This document shows, piece after piece, positions 36,705-50,200 of a DNA stretch of 64,000 bases. Position 1 is the first letter of the stretch. Every line of letters begins with the position of its first letter. The stretch is taken from positions 16,066,655-16,130,654 of the forward strand of contig NC_134033.1 of the NCBI RefSeq assembly GCF_964204645.1, in the 5' to 3' direction. The notes under the pieces were generated by a model. That model was given only the letters and a program-made list of their open reading frames with translations. It did no database searches and had not been told where the DNA came from. Made by a program: the position numbers and the translations under genes. Source of the stretch: Tubulanus polymorphus. Taxonomy: Eukaryota; Animalia; Nemertea.

Positions 36705-38468
36705 TACATGGATTCTTTTTTCTCTGGAAGTGAATTAAATGAAACGAGACGACAGTTGAACCTCATTAATACGATTGTGTTTACGTTCAGATTTCCAGCA
36801 TGTCCCGGCTAATTTACATCGATCCATATTTTGATAATACGAAAATTTCACTTTCAACAATAAGATTTGTATTCAGTCTGATTACTCATAAATTATGCAT
36901 GTATCAATCTGCCGCAGCTTGGCACTACCCTATCCGCTGAGGATACTCCAGTACCCACCCATACCCTTCAGACACTCTTTTAGACTTTAGACCTTCTACA
37001 TAAACTGAAGTACTGGCTCTTGAAACACAGCTTGAACCCTCCACCCACCCCCTTTCAGATAGAATGTCTGGGGTCCAGGCAACAGATCGACACCTTTCTC
37101 TCGGCTGGGAGTAATCAGACCGATCTTGTCTGATTACTCTAAGGTCTCAGAGACTTTCATATATTTGACTATTTATGCAGCTATCAACTGCATTTTTGAC
37201 ACTGATTCCTTGATTGTTTTCTCGAGTACATTCTGTACTACACTGAAAAATAACTGTGTCGGGTACGAACTCCATCGATAGTTGCTCGAACTGTTTCTGA
37301 TAGGCCGTGATGCTGAAGTAGACGATGAACTGGGGTGTCCCAGTAATTACTGGTAATTACTGATAATTACTGATACCGATTCAGAGTGGTCCTGATGCAG
37401 ACAAAAAGGACATGTAAAGGTGTCTTTGGTTCGAACGTAGATACCACTTATACTGGGAATGGTCCTAATGTTGAAATGAACTTAAATAGGACTGTACGAT
37501 ATAACCTATTATCGCCACCTATTGGAATTTCGATAAACTATCAAATAGCTAGAATTAACCGTTGTAAATATTTGTAATGTACCGCATTTCACAAGCGCCA
37601 TCTATCGGAATATGGAATAAAATGTCTACAAACGTAGTGGAGTGGCGGGTTCGAACCCATGGCCCATTCACTGACCCCCTCTTAGGTATGTACCATGGCG
37701 CCCATAACCCCCAATTATATTGATGCAAGAAACACAAATCAAAACAAAATATAAATACATGTACGTGAAAGATCGACACCGATACCCGGTATGAGGAATT
37801 CCCAGGAAGTCTACAAGTCACAAGTGGAATCGCTTGTTCGTTTCTGTTTCACCCTCACCTGTTTCCAGGCAGCATATTTTTTCGTAGGATGATAGAGTCA
37901 CAAAACTTAATTTTTTTATTTAAATAGGGTTAGGGTGAATTTCTACGAAAAAAATTGCGCAGGTTCTGGGCTCCATCCATCAACATATACGAAAGCCGAT
38001 AAAACACCAGTATCGGTTAATTTCATGTGAGTTCGGTGCATACGTACCAAGATTGATTAATACCCAGTCCCTCAAAGTACTACCTTGTTGCTGACCCCCT
38101 CCCCCCCCCCATGAACCACTTTTTACCTAAATTCAGAACCTTCCCTGTCGGTGTCTACCTTCAGTTAGACTGCGAATCATATCAACTACTTTAATGTATG
38201 TATGTAATTCATTGTAGAGAGAATCCCACAATAATAACGAGAAAAAAAAACAGTTCAAAACTTATTGGCATATTGGGATACTATGTTCTATTTCATGCAA
38301 TTTGGCCTCGAATAAAAAAGCTTGAAAATATGCACATATTTTGAACGAGAACTAACGAAAAAGTGTCACCAATAGGAGAATATTTTAATAGCTGGCCGGA
38401 TTCGTCCGAAACCCATCAATACGGGCCTGTACGTACGTGGGTAGATTGGAGAGTAAGTACCAAAATAC

Positions 38469-38662
38469 AGTCAATGTCCCGTTATAACGCTGCCATCCTT
38501 TTTAATGCCACTACTCGCTTAACGCCAACATTTTTTTACAAAACAAATTTGCTCAATCTAACTCAAATTCAATGGAAATGCCTTACTTTATAACCCTGCC
38601 ATATTCATTATAACGCCATGTTTCCCATCGGTCCAAACAACAGTATTATAAAGGACTTACTG
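38469..38662. mobile_element. Tc1/mariner-pogo-type MITE
   Basis: TA|CAGT...ACTG|TA ends; a homologous copy in the opposite orientation lies at ~45873-46070. Confidence 0.65.
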
Positions 38663-39209
38663 TATATCAAGTACATAGACAATGTGAGATATACATTACG
38701 AACAATTTTGTTTCAGTTTGATAACCGCGTTTGATCTCCGAGTTTGATAAATGCCCGCGCGGTATCAGCAATCATCTATCGATTTGACTATTACAAAACG
38801 TTCGCCACCATCATTGATCTCTAACAACAAAACAAGAAACGGGGCGAGTACCATAATTGAGCAACAGAATGTAGTCGGCGCGATCTCATCGTCGTGAACG
38901 TCGCCACAGAGCGAGTTAGACTCGCAGGATCGGATGATGGAAACGTCCGGTATTATGCTCGCGATGCCACAACAGCATGATCGCTATGATTTGCTCTAGC
39001 TGTTTTTCTAATATTTGAAAACGCTGTGGCTTTTAGTATCAGTATAAAATCACTGCTGTTTTCTCAGAGCCTGCGCGCTGTTGGCGCTCGCAATGATTGA
39101 TACTGATTGAGACTCCGCCCAAAACGCGTGGTCCGTGAAAGACTGAACGAGTCTGGCGATCGAGCGAGCGTACTGGTGGTGATGTTGTGACAAGTCAACA
39201 CAACAGACG

Positions 39210-40226
39210 ATGGCGTCAGCGCGTAATATAACCAGAGATGAGGCCTGCGCTCGACAATACGACGAATGGGCCGGTCGTTTCTATATCAATATATTCATTC
39301 TAACTCCGATAATGCTGGTAGGATGGGTTATGAACTCTCTGATCATCGCCGTTTTCACCAAGTTGAAATCGTCCCATCCATCGATTCACTTGTTGAAATG
39401 TCTCGCGCTCGCCGATATCGGATACCTGCTCGGCCACTTTCTGGCCGACACGTTGAGATATATGATATTTTACGTAAATTACGGCGATAAGGTTTTCCTC
39501 GGACCTTTCTACATTTACCCCGAAATGTTCGCGTACGGTACGTATTTGGTGCGCATAGCGTTCATGTTTCAGCGCAACTGGTTGACAGTTCTCATACAGA
39601 TAGAACGATTATTAACCATCTTGTACCCGTTAAAGGCCTGTCAATGGTGGACTAAAAAGCGCATGAATACCATCATCGCAGTGGCCACTGTACTGTTTTT
39701 CATTTGGCCCATTTATTTCGCGTTTACCCTAAAAGTAGAACAATACCAGGATCCTTGTCATGGCCCGCATACCCGGCTCGTTTACAAGTACCCAACTATA
39801 TATCTATTATGCAATAAATTACTGGATCCAGTTTTTAGATTGATAATTCCGTGCGCGATCATTCTCGTAGTCAACACGACGCTGATCGCGACTTTGTGCG
39901 TAAAATTCCGACAACGACGGAAATTAGGCCGGAGCTTGTCGGCGTCGCAACACGCTCTGAAAGGCGATTCGAAAGCAACTCGTATGGTCATATCGATGAG
40001 CATCACCTTCTTGGTTCTAGAAATACCGGCGACGTTTTCTAAAGTGCGTTCGTACGCGTTGCCCGACGCGGTTATTTGGGAGTTAGCGATGGATATAGCC
40101 TACGTTACCAGTGATCTGGATTCGTGCGTTAATTTCATACTATACTGTATCGTCAATAAACAGTTTTACCAGACGTTGAGAGACCTCGTTATTTGCCGAA
40201 AAAACCGCGATCGGAAAATAAGTTAA
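39210..40226 (+). CDS. Intronless rhodopsin-family GPCR, FMRFamide/peptide-receptor-like (orphan)
   Basis: 338-aa ORF with 7 hydrophobic segments; N-terminal NIT sequon; LALAD (TM2), IERL..I.YP (TM3), F...EIP (TM6), S.VNFILYC..NKQF (TM7/H8). Confidence 0.9.
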   Translation: MASARNITRDEACARQYDEWAGRFYINIFILTPIMLVGWVMNSLIIAVFTKLKSSHPSIHLLKCLALADIGYLLGHFLADTLRYMIFYVNYGDKVFLGPFYIYPEMFAYGTYLVRIAFMFQRNWLTVLIQIERLLTILYPLKACQWWTKKRMNTIIAVATVLFFIWPIYFAFTLKVEQYQDPCHGPHTRLVYKYPTIYLLCNKLLDPVFRLIIPCAIILVVNTTLIATLCVKFRQRRKLGRSLSASQHALKGDSKATRMVISMSITFLVLEIPATFSKVRSYALPDAVIWELAMDIAYVTSDLDSCVNFILYCIVNKQFYQTLRDLVICRKNRDRKIS

Positions 40227-41149
40227 ATAGATATGGTAATGTTGAAAAAACAAGTAGAATCCCTTCAGAAACACTCGGAAAAGATGTTAAATAGATGTTG
40301 ATTGAATAGCTGACGATTCTAGGCTAAAAATGATACCTTGATTCTATTAATCGGTGGCCTCTTTGTGAAATCGCAATAAGATTCGTTATCATATATTCTA
40401 TAGCTGCCGGGTCTATTATAGGTGAGCTTGGCCATTAAAGAAAATAATGTACTGGGTGAGACGGCCGGCCGGGTCAGCTTTTAAGCTCAGCAGTGACTTG
40501 AATGAGAAACCAATGCGGGCCAAGCCTTATAAACATACTGGCTAAAACCCATCTTCACCCTTCAAGGGATTCGAACCCACTACGCTAAAACTGTTCCCCG
40601 AACGAAGCGAGTTCGGGAGTGATATAGACTGGTCGCCTGTCCAATTCTGCGCCACCTGCATTCGCAGTCAGAATAGTCTAACTGAGATACCGGCAACCAG
40701 TCTAGGAGTGACACTGCCCCTGGCAAGCGAGGATGGCTAAAACCGGACGCCAAGAGGCGAATCTAGTAAAATTAAAAGGCAGTTTTACATTAAGAAAAGA
40801 CTCGAGCAGGTGTCCATCCATTTATGATATATAGAACAAATTTGACTCGATATTTCTCCTATATTTCTTCTACTCGCATGCCACAAGTTCCATACAAATC
40901 CGTGTCCGATTTCAGCCGTCAAGTGCTGCCCCTATATAAACCATTGACGGAGATTATGCGAACTAATCTATTACTCGCTGGCCACAGTAGGAATATCAAA
41001 ATTTGACAACGTCGTGAATCGTGAAAGGAAAAAGGAGAAACTGAATTGAGGCATTTGAGTTGCATTTCTAGTTGATTAAAGTTTTCGGCTTTATTAGCTG
41101 GCTCTAATAAATCGTGGAAACTGACTGGGATTCGAACCCACTGACACTC

Positions 41150-41195
41150 GGCTCAGTTGTCATAGTTATCCGCCATATTGGATGTAAATAACGTT
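41150..41195 (+). promoter_or_regulatory. Candidate RFX X-box, YY1 and forkhead sites upstream of CCDC39
   Basis: GTTGTCATAGTTAT (41156-41169, imperfect X-box), CCGCCATATT (41170-41179) and GTAAATA (41184-41190), 70-110 bp before the ATG. Confidence 0.4.
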
Positions 41196-41262
41196 GTTTT
41201 GACTCCAAAAACATCGAAATATTTCGCTTTTTGACGGGAAAAACGGCGTTTGATAGATAAAA

Positions 41263-44200
41263 ATGAGTAATTCAGTTTTAAGTGAGATGGACTGGGACGA
41301 AGGGTTTGCGATGCCCGTCGCAAACACTGAAAATAAAGCACTCGAAGAAGAGGTAATAAAAAAAAAGAGAAAATTTCTTTAAATCAATTACATTTTATTT
41401 ATTTGATTCAAAATTAACTTTTCTGTTTCGATTAAACATAATTTTACTGTTCAATAAAGCTTGCTCTAGACCCAAATTGCTTGCAAAATGTTATTTCGAA
41501 CAATTAAGACTTTCTATAATTTCTCATCCATCTGAAGAAGTCTGTTCGTTCATTTTGAAAATGAAATGAATGAAGAAATCTATGATAGAAATTATTTTGT
41601 ATCTCGGTTTTAGGTTTTAAGTAAACAGAAGAAGATGACGTCTGCTGGCAATGAATTAGAGCACGTTAATGATCGCGTGGCCGCCATGTCTGAACATTTA
41701 AAAAATGTCCGCCAAGAATTACAGCATACACAGGTGAGTGAGTGAGGTAGAGGGAGGAGGAAGGGAGAGAGAGTGGGAGGGGGGGTGAACGAGAGGGAGA
41801 CAGGAGATGATTTACAAAAGCGTCATCTCTAAACTTAAATCTTACTTAGGGAGAGAGTGGAAAAGAGAGGGAGGAGAGAGAGTTGGAGGGGAGGATGAAG
41901 GAGAGGGAGGGAGAAGGATGATTTACAAAAGCGTCACCTCTAAACTTAAATCTTACGTTAGATTTACTGTTGCCTTAAAATGAACAATCCAAAGTTACCC
42001 TTAATGCCTGAAAAGATGTGCAGTTAGCCTGTGCAGTAAGCTCAGTTGGTTGAGTGGAGGACTCGGAACCGAGAGGTCCCTAGTTCGAAACCACCACTGG
42101 CATTGGCTGTCGAGACACATACATGGACTAACTCTGCTAACTTAGGTTGTGAGCCATAGCAACCTATAAAAAGGTCCTGGCCGCCTGTTAATACCCACTA
42201 GGGTTGCACTGTTACCAGCAGTTTTATCGTAAACTCGTCTAAACTAAAGTTTAATAATTCTATAACCAGCTGCCCAAATTTCCCTTTATTCTGTACTAAT
42301 CTAATTGTTGTTGTTGATCGTTTTTTTCAGGGTCTCGTGAACGCTCGAATTAAAGAACTGGAAACCGAGACTCATTTGAAGAAGGTCGCCGAACGAGAGG
42401 GCGGCCGACTTAAACAAGAAATACAACGTCTCAATAAAGAACTAGAAGAATTGAAAGAGAAGAAAAATATAAGCGAGGTAAGAACAAGTAGACCGGTATC
42501 CAGTACAACAAACCAGAACCCTGTTCCACATACCAGGACCCAGTTCCCCAGACCGGTATCCAGTACCACACACCAGGACCCAGTTCCCCAGACCAGTATC
42601 CAGTACGACAATCCAGAACCCAGTTCCACGGACCAGTATCCAGTATGACAAACCAGAACCCAGTTCCACATACCAGGACCCAGTTCCCCAGACCGGTATC
42701 CAGTATTAGCGAGGTAAGAACAAATAGATCAGTATCCAGTACGACAAACCAGAACCCAGTTCCATAATAAACTGGGATTGAGTCCCACAGACCAGCATCC
42801 AGTACCACAGACCCAGTTCTGGGTCCTGGTCTGTGGAACTATGATAGATCAGAACCCAGTTCCATGGACCTTGACCCAGTTCCACTATTCTCGGTTGAAA
42901 TTTAGCTCTGGAGTCAATTTTTACCAAGAATTGTGTGGATCTGGGCGTTGTTGTGTCAAAGACTCACTCAGATTTCGGCAACAGGGTTTCTTCACTGATG
43001 TTACCCTCAGTTAGATCTCCGAGAAAAGAATTTTAAGGAATTAATTTTTCATTTTTGTAGAATAACATATTTCGTCAGACTCAGCGTTTAGAGGAGTTGA
43101 AGTCTCAGATGAACTGGGATCAGCAAGCTCTCGAGGCGTGGTTAGAAGAATCGGCTCGTAAAGACGAGGACGCGATGACTATACAGAAATACGCTCGCCA
43201 GGATGAGGGTAAAATTAAGGTAATTCAGGGTTCTTAAAAATCAGGGTTCCTACAGATCAGAGAAAATTGGGGAATTGTGATACTTTCCTTGTAATTTGAG
43301 GAAAATTCACAAAAAATTTGAATTTTTGGTGTCTTGTTGTTCTTGCTGGTGATGAGTGGCACAAGGAACCTCTTGATAAGAAACAGCCCTCACTGAGGAT
43401 ATCTTAAAATTAAAATCATGGAATTTGAATTTTTGGTGTCTTGTTGTTCTTGCTGGTGATGAGTGGCACAAAGTACCTCTTGATAAGAAACAGTCCCCTT
43501 AAGGATAATCAGGATATTTGAACTTTTGTTGTCTTGTTATTCTTGCTGATGAGTGGCTCAAGAAACTTCCCCACTGAAGATATTTTATAAAATCAGGGAA
43601 TTTGGTCAAGGGTTAAGGAAAAATTAGGGAATTTTGGATTTGGTAAGAACCCTAGTGAAACATTAGAATCTTTTGTATTCTGAGAAAAATAAGAATTTTC
43701 TGTGGTTTCGAAAACAATTGTGAGATTTTTGTGTTAAAAAGAGATTTTCTCAATGAATATTTTGCGCTGCTTTTAGGAATTAGTTCTACGAATGTCTCAT
43801 TTGACCGACGAAGCGTACAAGAAGCGCCACCTACTGGACCGCGAGACGACCGATACGTTGACGACCCAACTCGAACTCGATAAGACCGCCGAGGAATTCC
43901 GTAAAGCGCACGCCGACCGTCAGAATCTCATCCAACAATGGGAAAACACGATCGATCAAATGCAACGACGAGACAAGGAGATGGATATGCTCGCTTCGGT
44001 GAGTGTAAACTGAGCTTGTATTCATATTCATCCTCACTTGCCACAAGTGGAATCCTCGTTCGCCGCAGGAGGGTTTCATTTCGGATGTTGGAAATTAGAA
44101 TTCATAAAAAAAATCACAAATTCAATAGATTATTTGAAACACATTGTTTTTAATGTAAAGCACTTTCAAAAATGAGTAATTCTCATAATTCAATTGAATC

Positions 44201-47200
44201 GTTTTATCGTAATAGCTCATGTAGAATCCTCACTTGCCACAGAAGGGTTTTATCTCTAATTTTGAAATTACTAAATTACTAGAAATTGAAAATAAGAAAA
44301 AAAATTCAAGATATAAGAAATGCAAAAAAAAGTATCCCGGTTATTATTGTCGTAAAATAAAGAGTTTTGAGATTGTTTTGATTGTAAGCGCTTTCAAAAA
44401 CTGTATCATTATCATAATCTAATGGTTTTGTTGTTTTATCGTCGTAGCAATTGGCGAGAGTAAAAGCCGAAGTTCGCAACCGCGATGAAGCGATCAAAGA
44501 AAAACAACAATTTCTCGACAACGAAATCGAAAACAATAAAGAAATGGAGAAGAAGATATCGGTATCAGAACGACAAGCGGGCCGCGTGCGTTTAGACTGG
44601 CAGGACGCAGAGAAATCTAGAACCGCTTTCCAAGATGAGGTAAAATCTCTTACAACTATTAGAGTCATACTTGCCACATTGAAATTCAAATATTCAATGT
44701 AGCTGTGAAGCAGCAATAACAGGTTTTCAGTTCAGTAGGTAAATCTAGTGATGATCTTAAAAAGCGAAATGTCTCAGAAATACATGTATACTCTCCTATT
44801 CAAGACAAACTTACCCGATTAGAATTCTAATTCCCAATATAGCTGCAAAGCAGCGATAACAGGTTTTCAGCTCAATAGATGAATGTAGCGATTGTCTTAA
44901 AAGGTGTAGAAGTATCCTAAATTAGCTGCTAGGATTTCAAACTAAGATTGCTGGATTTCAATAATTCAGTTCTGAGTAAACTTAGACTTCATACAGATAG
45001 AATCAGTATCAATATTTCGAGCTAAATCTCATGGATATTTCGATATTTAATGTTATTTCCTTGTTGTATTAGTTGGATGCGTTGAGGAGAACCGTGGATA
45101 GAACCGCTATCGACTTAGAGACGACTCGATCCACCGTTTCACAACTTAGAAAAGACGTTCAAGAAAAACATGACAAGTAAGAGACGACTCTTCTTATGAA
45201 CATTAAAATGACAAATTCTTAGGAATATATTTCAATTAAAAGGAAAATTGCCTATGAAATACTCGAATGTGGGAATATTTTAATTTGTGTTATGGGAACA
45301 GTGGTAAATGCGCTCCAGTTTAAGATGATGTTTGATAATGATTTGTAGATTGCGTGTAGCTCAGGACATGCGTCAAAAACTGATCGAACGTTTGAAAGCG
45401 GCAAACGAATCTGAATTAACGGCCGAAGAGCGCGCCGCGGCGGTCGAGGCGCTGTTATCCCAGGAGGAACAACGACAAACGGAGATCGACGGCCAGTTGA
45501 AGTATTTACACGATTTACAATTCCGTAAAACGCAAGAACTTCACGGGGAGCTCGTGAAAGAACGCAACGACGAGGCGGAAATTCAGGTGCGCGATTTAAG
45601 AAAGACGGCAAAAATTATCAAAATTTCGTTAATTTTTGATGATATCTGATGACATTTTTCTCTCTGTTTCTCTCTCAGGGGAGCCGAGCGGCGATACGTA
45701 ATCTGAACAGTAAAATCAACAAGTTAGACCACGATTCGTTGAAACAACAAGAAATCATTTATAACCAGGTCAGTGTTTATAATTTTACAGCAAATTACAG
45801 CTTCTCGACTGAGTTCAGCAGTTCCATCGAGTTCAGAGTTGACTCAATAGTTTAACTATTGCTAATGAACTACAGTAAAATACCTCTATTTATAACGCCA
45901 CTTTGAGATCAATACAAAAAATGGTGTTAAAACGAATATGGCAGCGTCATAAAGAATGATAGATATTTGCAGTGAATTTGAGTTAAATTGGGCAAATTTG
46001 TTGTCTGAAAAATGTTGGCGTTAAGTGAACAGTGGGATTAAAAAGACAGCATTATAATAGTCTTTGACTTAAGTTATAACTTAACAGTCAATCTGAAACT
46101 TGTCTTGATTTATTACCGATAATTGTGTTGGATTCTGGATTTTTAACTCGATGTAATTTATTTCTGGTAGGATTTCTCGATTCAACAACTAGAACGACGA
46201 ATCAATCGGATGCAAGGTGAACGCAGCAATGAAGAGAAACTGTTGCTCGAAGCGCGACTGAAAGAATTAACCGAAGAATTAGAGGAGAAAAACTCAACTC
46301 ATTCTCTCATTAATCTACAACTGAAACGATTACAGGTAAAAACTCTGACTTCATCGGCAGCCTGAATTTCTCCCGGAAAACATCGCCAGCCTGAACTCCT
46401 CCCAGAAAACATCAACAGCCTGAACTCCTCCCAGAAAACATCGACAGCCTGAACTCCTCCCAGAAAACATCGACAGCCTGAACTCCTAGAAAACATGTGC
46501 AGCCAGAACTCCTCCCAGAAAACATCCGTTGCCTGAACTCCTCCCAGTAAATATTAGAAATTTTATCAGCACACTTTCCAAAACTGATTGTCCACACTTA
46601 ACATGTGTTCAGAACTTCACCTGAAACATTTTTAATTGAAAATGAACTACAAACACCAGATATCAGACATTTTACCAGTACACTTTCAGAAACTGATCGT
46701 CCACACTTCGCACTGCAATGGGGGAGGTGCTACTTCAGGGCTGCAGAGCTTAAAGGACATCTTCGATACCCAAGATGTCGATACATACCATTTACGCGTA
46801 TTTTGTTCGATGTAATTTTTTCCAGGACGATATTCGTCGAGTGAAGAGAGATCTGGAAACGAGCGGCGCCGAAAAATCGAACTTAACGTCGAAGATCGAA
46901 GAACTTCATTTGTACAACGACAGCTCGCAACGCGAACTACAGAGACTCATTTCATCGAAACAGGTCAGATTGATTTAACACACGATACAACTTAGAAAAT
47001 ACTGTCAAACTTAAATTTTAACGTTTTCTTTAGTTTCAATTTGTATTTCCGTTTGAATATAAGTCGTCATTTAGTTTAAACGTCACATCTCTTCAGAAGT
47101 CTTCTATTTTCGAGTCCAAATTAGTATTAAGTGTAATTCGTCATTGGAATATATTGTCACATTACTGAAGTCTTTTTGAGTGCCATTTGACAATTGATTG

Positions 47201-50200
47201 CACTAATTGAAAGTCCTTGTATCGTTAGTTACTGGTATTTCACTATGTTTGACGTGTACTGCCATCTTTCAAGAAAGATAATTACTAATTACATCAATAC
47301 ACCACAGTGTGATGTACTAGCAAAATCCATCACTGATTTATACACTGTACTGCGGTGTAGACGCACTGAAAGGGTTAACTGTACTTAATAGAAACGGTTT
47401 TGTTAACTTTGAATTGTATGTTTATATTTGCTCAGGATTTGATGGTCGACGATAATATATTGAAACTGGAATTGAAGAGACTTCGCGATACGCTGTATAG
47501 TAAAGCTGACGACGTGATGTCGCTGGAAAAAAGAAAATTACAACTTGAAACCGTAAGTATTTCTATCAGTTGTAGTAGGATTGATTGGTTCCACTGTGTT
47601 GAGATTAAGAGATTAGAACGGGCTTGTCAAACTGGACTGTAGTGTATCCTGGGGCTATAGTCGTAGTCATGGCTTAGAATTGACTCGAAGATTTAATTCA
47701 TATAAAAAATAAACTCAACTCAAGAGTTAACTGTAATTCATAACCGTGGAACTGGATTCCGAGTATTTCAATCCTTTGAGAATTTCCCAATAAAAAGCCA
47801 GTCAGTTAAATTGTCAGGAGATCCAGTTCAAGAATCTAGAGTAATCGGAATCAACAGTTCTTAACTCTTGAAACTTATCGGTGAACCGCGCCTCTTGATT
47901 AATCCGTTTCATTTTGATGTATTCAATTCTGCAGGCGATGAACGAAAGGAAACACGAGATCGGAATTCATAAAGACATGTTATCAGCTCAGATCAAAGGA
48001 GCCGACACCGAACGTCAACAAATCAGTTCCGAGTTACACGAACGCATCTCGAAAATCGATAAACTACGAAAACGGTGCGTTGAAAATCTCAAACATCGAA
48101 AACCGTTCCCTCTTTGGTCGTGTTAGGGGCAAAAATATCTCGGGAAATATATCGGGAAAAGTGGCCAATTTCGAACCACGCCCTTAAATATGATACTCAC
48201 TTGCCACAAGACAAATCCTCTATGGCTGCAGTAGTTGATGTCCTACTGCTCACTAGTGACACCTGATGGAACCTCCCTTGCCACAAGAAGAATCTTATAT
48301 TGCCGCAGTAGTTGATATACTACTGCATATGAGCGACACCTGGTGGGTCCTCACTTGCCATTGTAACATTTGAGGTTTCTTTTTTCAAGCTTTAAAAAGA
48401 TAACATCTTGAAAAAGTATGTTTTGTTCTCATTGTTTGTAGGTACGAGATATTGATGGTGTCGATGGCGCCACCTGAAGGAGAAGAAGAGCAAACTCAGG
48501 CGTATTACGTAATAAAGGCGGCTCAGGAGAAGGAGGAATTACAGCGAGAAGGCGACGATCTCGACGCGAAAATTCGTAAAGCTGAAAAAGAAATTCGAGC
48601 TTTGGAAAATACGCTGCGTTTAATGAACAGCAGGAACGAGCAGTACAGAAAGAGTTTTAATAAAGTTACAGATACAAGTGAGTAGAATCGACCTGTCAAT
48701 CAGCAGCTTACAACCACGCCCCTTTAGACTGGTTGAAACCACTCCGTTTATACAATCTGCGGCCTGGAACCACACCCCTTTAGACTGACTGGAATGACCC
48801 CGTCATACTATTAGCAGCATGGAATGATAGCAGGACAACCCCATTTAGACATTCATTGTTGTAGTGTGAAGGTGAAGTTCTGTGAAGTGTGGACGATCAG
48901 TTTTTGAAAGTGTGCTGCTCAAATATCTAATGCCTGGTCTTTGAAGTTCTTTCATTCAAAGATGTCTCCAGTGAAGTTCTGGACACACGTGAAGTATGGA
49001 TAATCATTTTTTTAAAGTATGCGGATAAGATATCTAATACCCTGTGTTTGTAGATCATTTCCGATCAAAAATGTCTCTGGTGAAGTTCTGAACACATGCA
49101 AAGTGTGAACGATTAGTTTTTGAAAGTTAGATGTCTAACGTCTAAGGATGGGGATGTATGGTCACAGGCTGCATTAGATTCAACTCTTTCACTGTTGTAT
49201 TCATTTGTGTATTTCGTAGGCGAAGAGATGGAGGATAAACAACAGGTCGAGGAACAGTTGAGAGCCGTGATGGACAAATACAAATACAAACGACGTCAGA
49301 TCCGCGAGTTACAAGAGGATCTCGGAACGATGAGTAACACGTTGGATAACCTCGTACGCGACGAGAACGTTTATTCGGAGATGATCGACGAGAAGAAAAA
49401 CAGAATCTTACAATTGAATAAAGAAATCGACGAACAGAAAACGAAACTGGACAGAGTTTCAAAAGTGGTGCGTAGAAACTGAATCAATGGATTTCAAGAA
49501 TAGAATTTGGTAGAATTCTAGAAATTCAGTAGTATTCAGATTAGAATTTTGGTAGAGTTAAATCAATTCAGCAGAATTAGAAAAGAATTTGGTAGAATTC
49601 GATAAATTCATTAGAATTCAATGAATTCAGTAGAATTCAGAATAGAATTCGGTAGAATTTGATAATTTCATTAGAATTCAGAATAGAATTTTGGTAGAAT
49701 TCGATAAATTCAGTAGAATTCAGTCGACTCTAGAGACACTGTTCGAAGTTTTTCACGTTTTCCTCAAAAGTTTGAATATCATGTATTTTTTCTGTTTAAT
49801 AGAATACGAAGTACGCTCGTGATTTACGATCTGCCAAGAAATCAAAGGGTGAAACTCCTGAAGAGGTAAATATACGGCTAGTGGAGTCCATCTATCAAAC
49901 AATTCATCTTGATCCCGGTTCCTTGAATATCGATATAGTTTTGACTATAGTTTTGACTCTATGGAGTTAAAACATCGAGAATGAATTTATCCAGACCTTG
50001 TTTTACAAAGCAAAGATTAAGAGTTGACCCAGAGTTAATTCATTGAAGATATTGTGAGTTTTTTAAACTTGGCGTAAACTCACAATTGCGGATCAGTCTC
50101 TTGGATCGTGACTCTTCGAGTCAAACTAAACACGGAACTTTGGAAAGTTATAATACAAAATGAATCCCGATCCCAAGAATCGGTTGCACAGTTCTCGATC

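Noticed and set aside
7038-37310. Polinton/Maverick, Helitron or endogenous virus
   Set aside because: No polymerase, capsid, integrase or Rep/helicase ORF, and no matching TIRs or TC...CTRR ends were visible.
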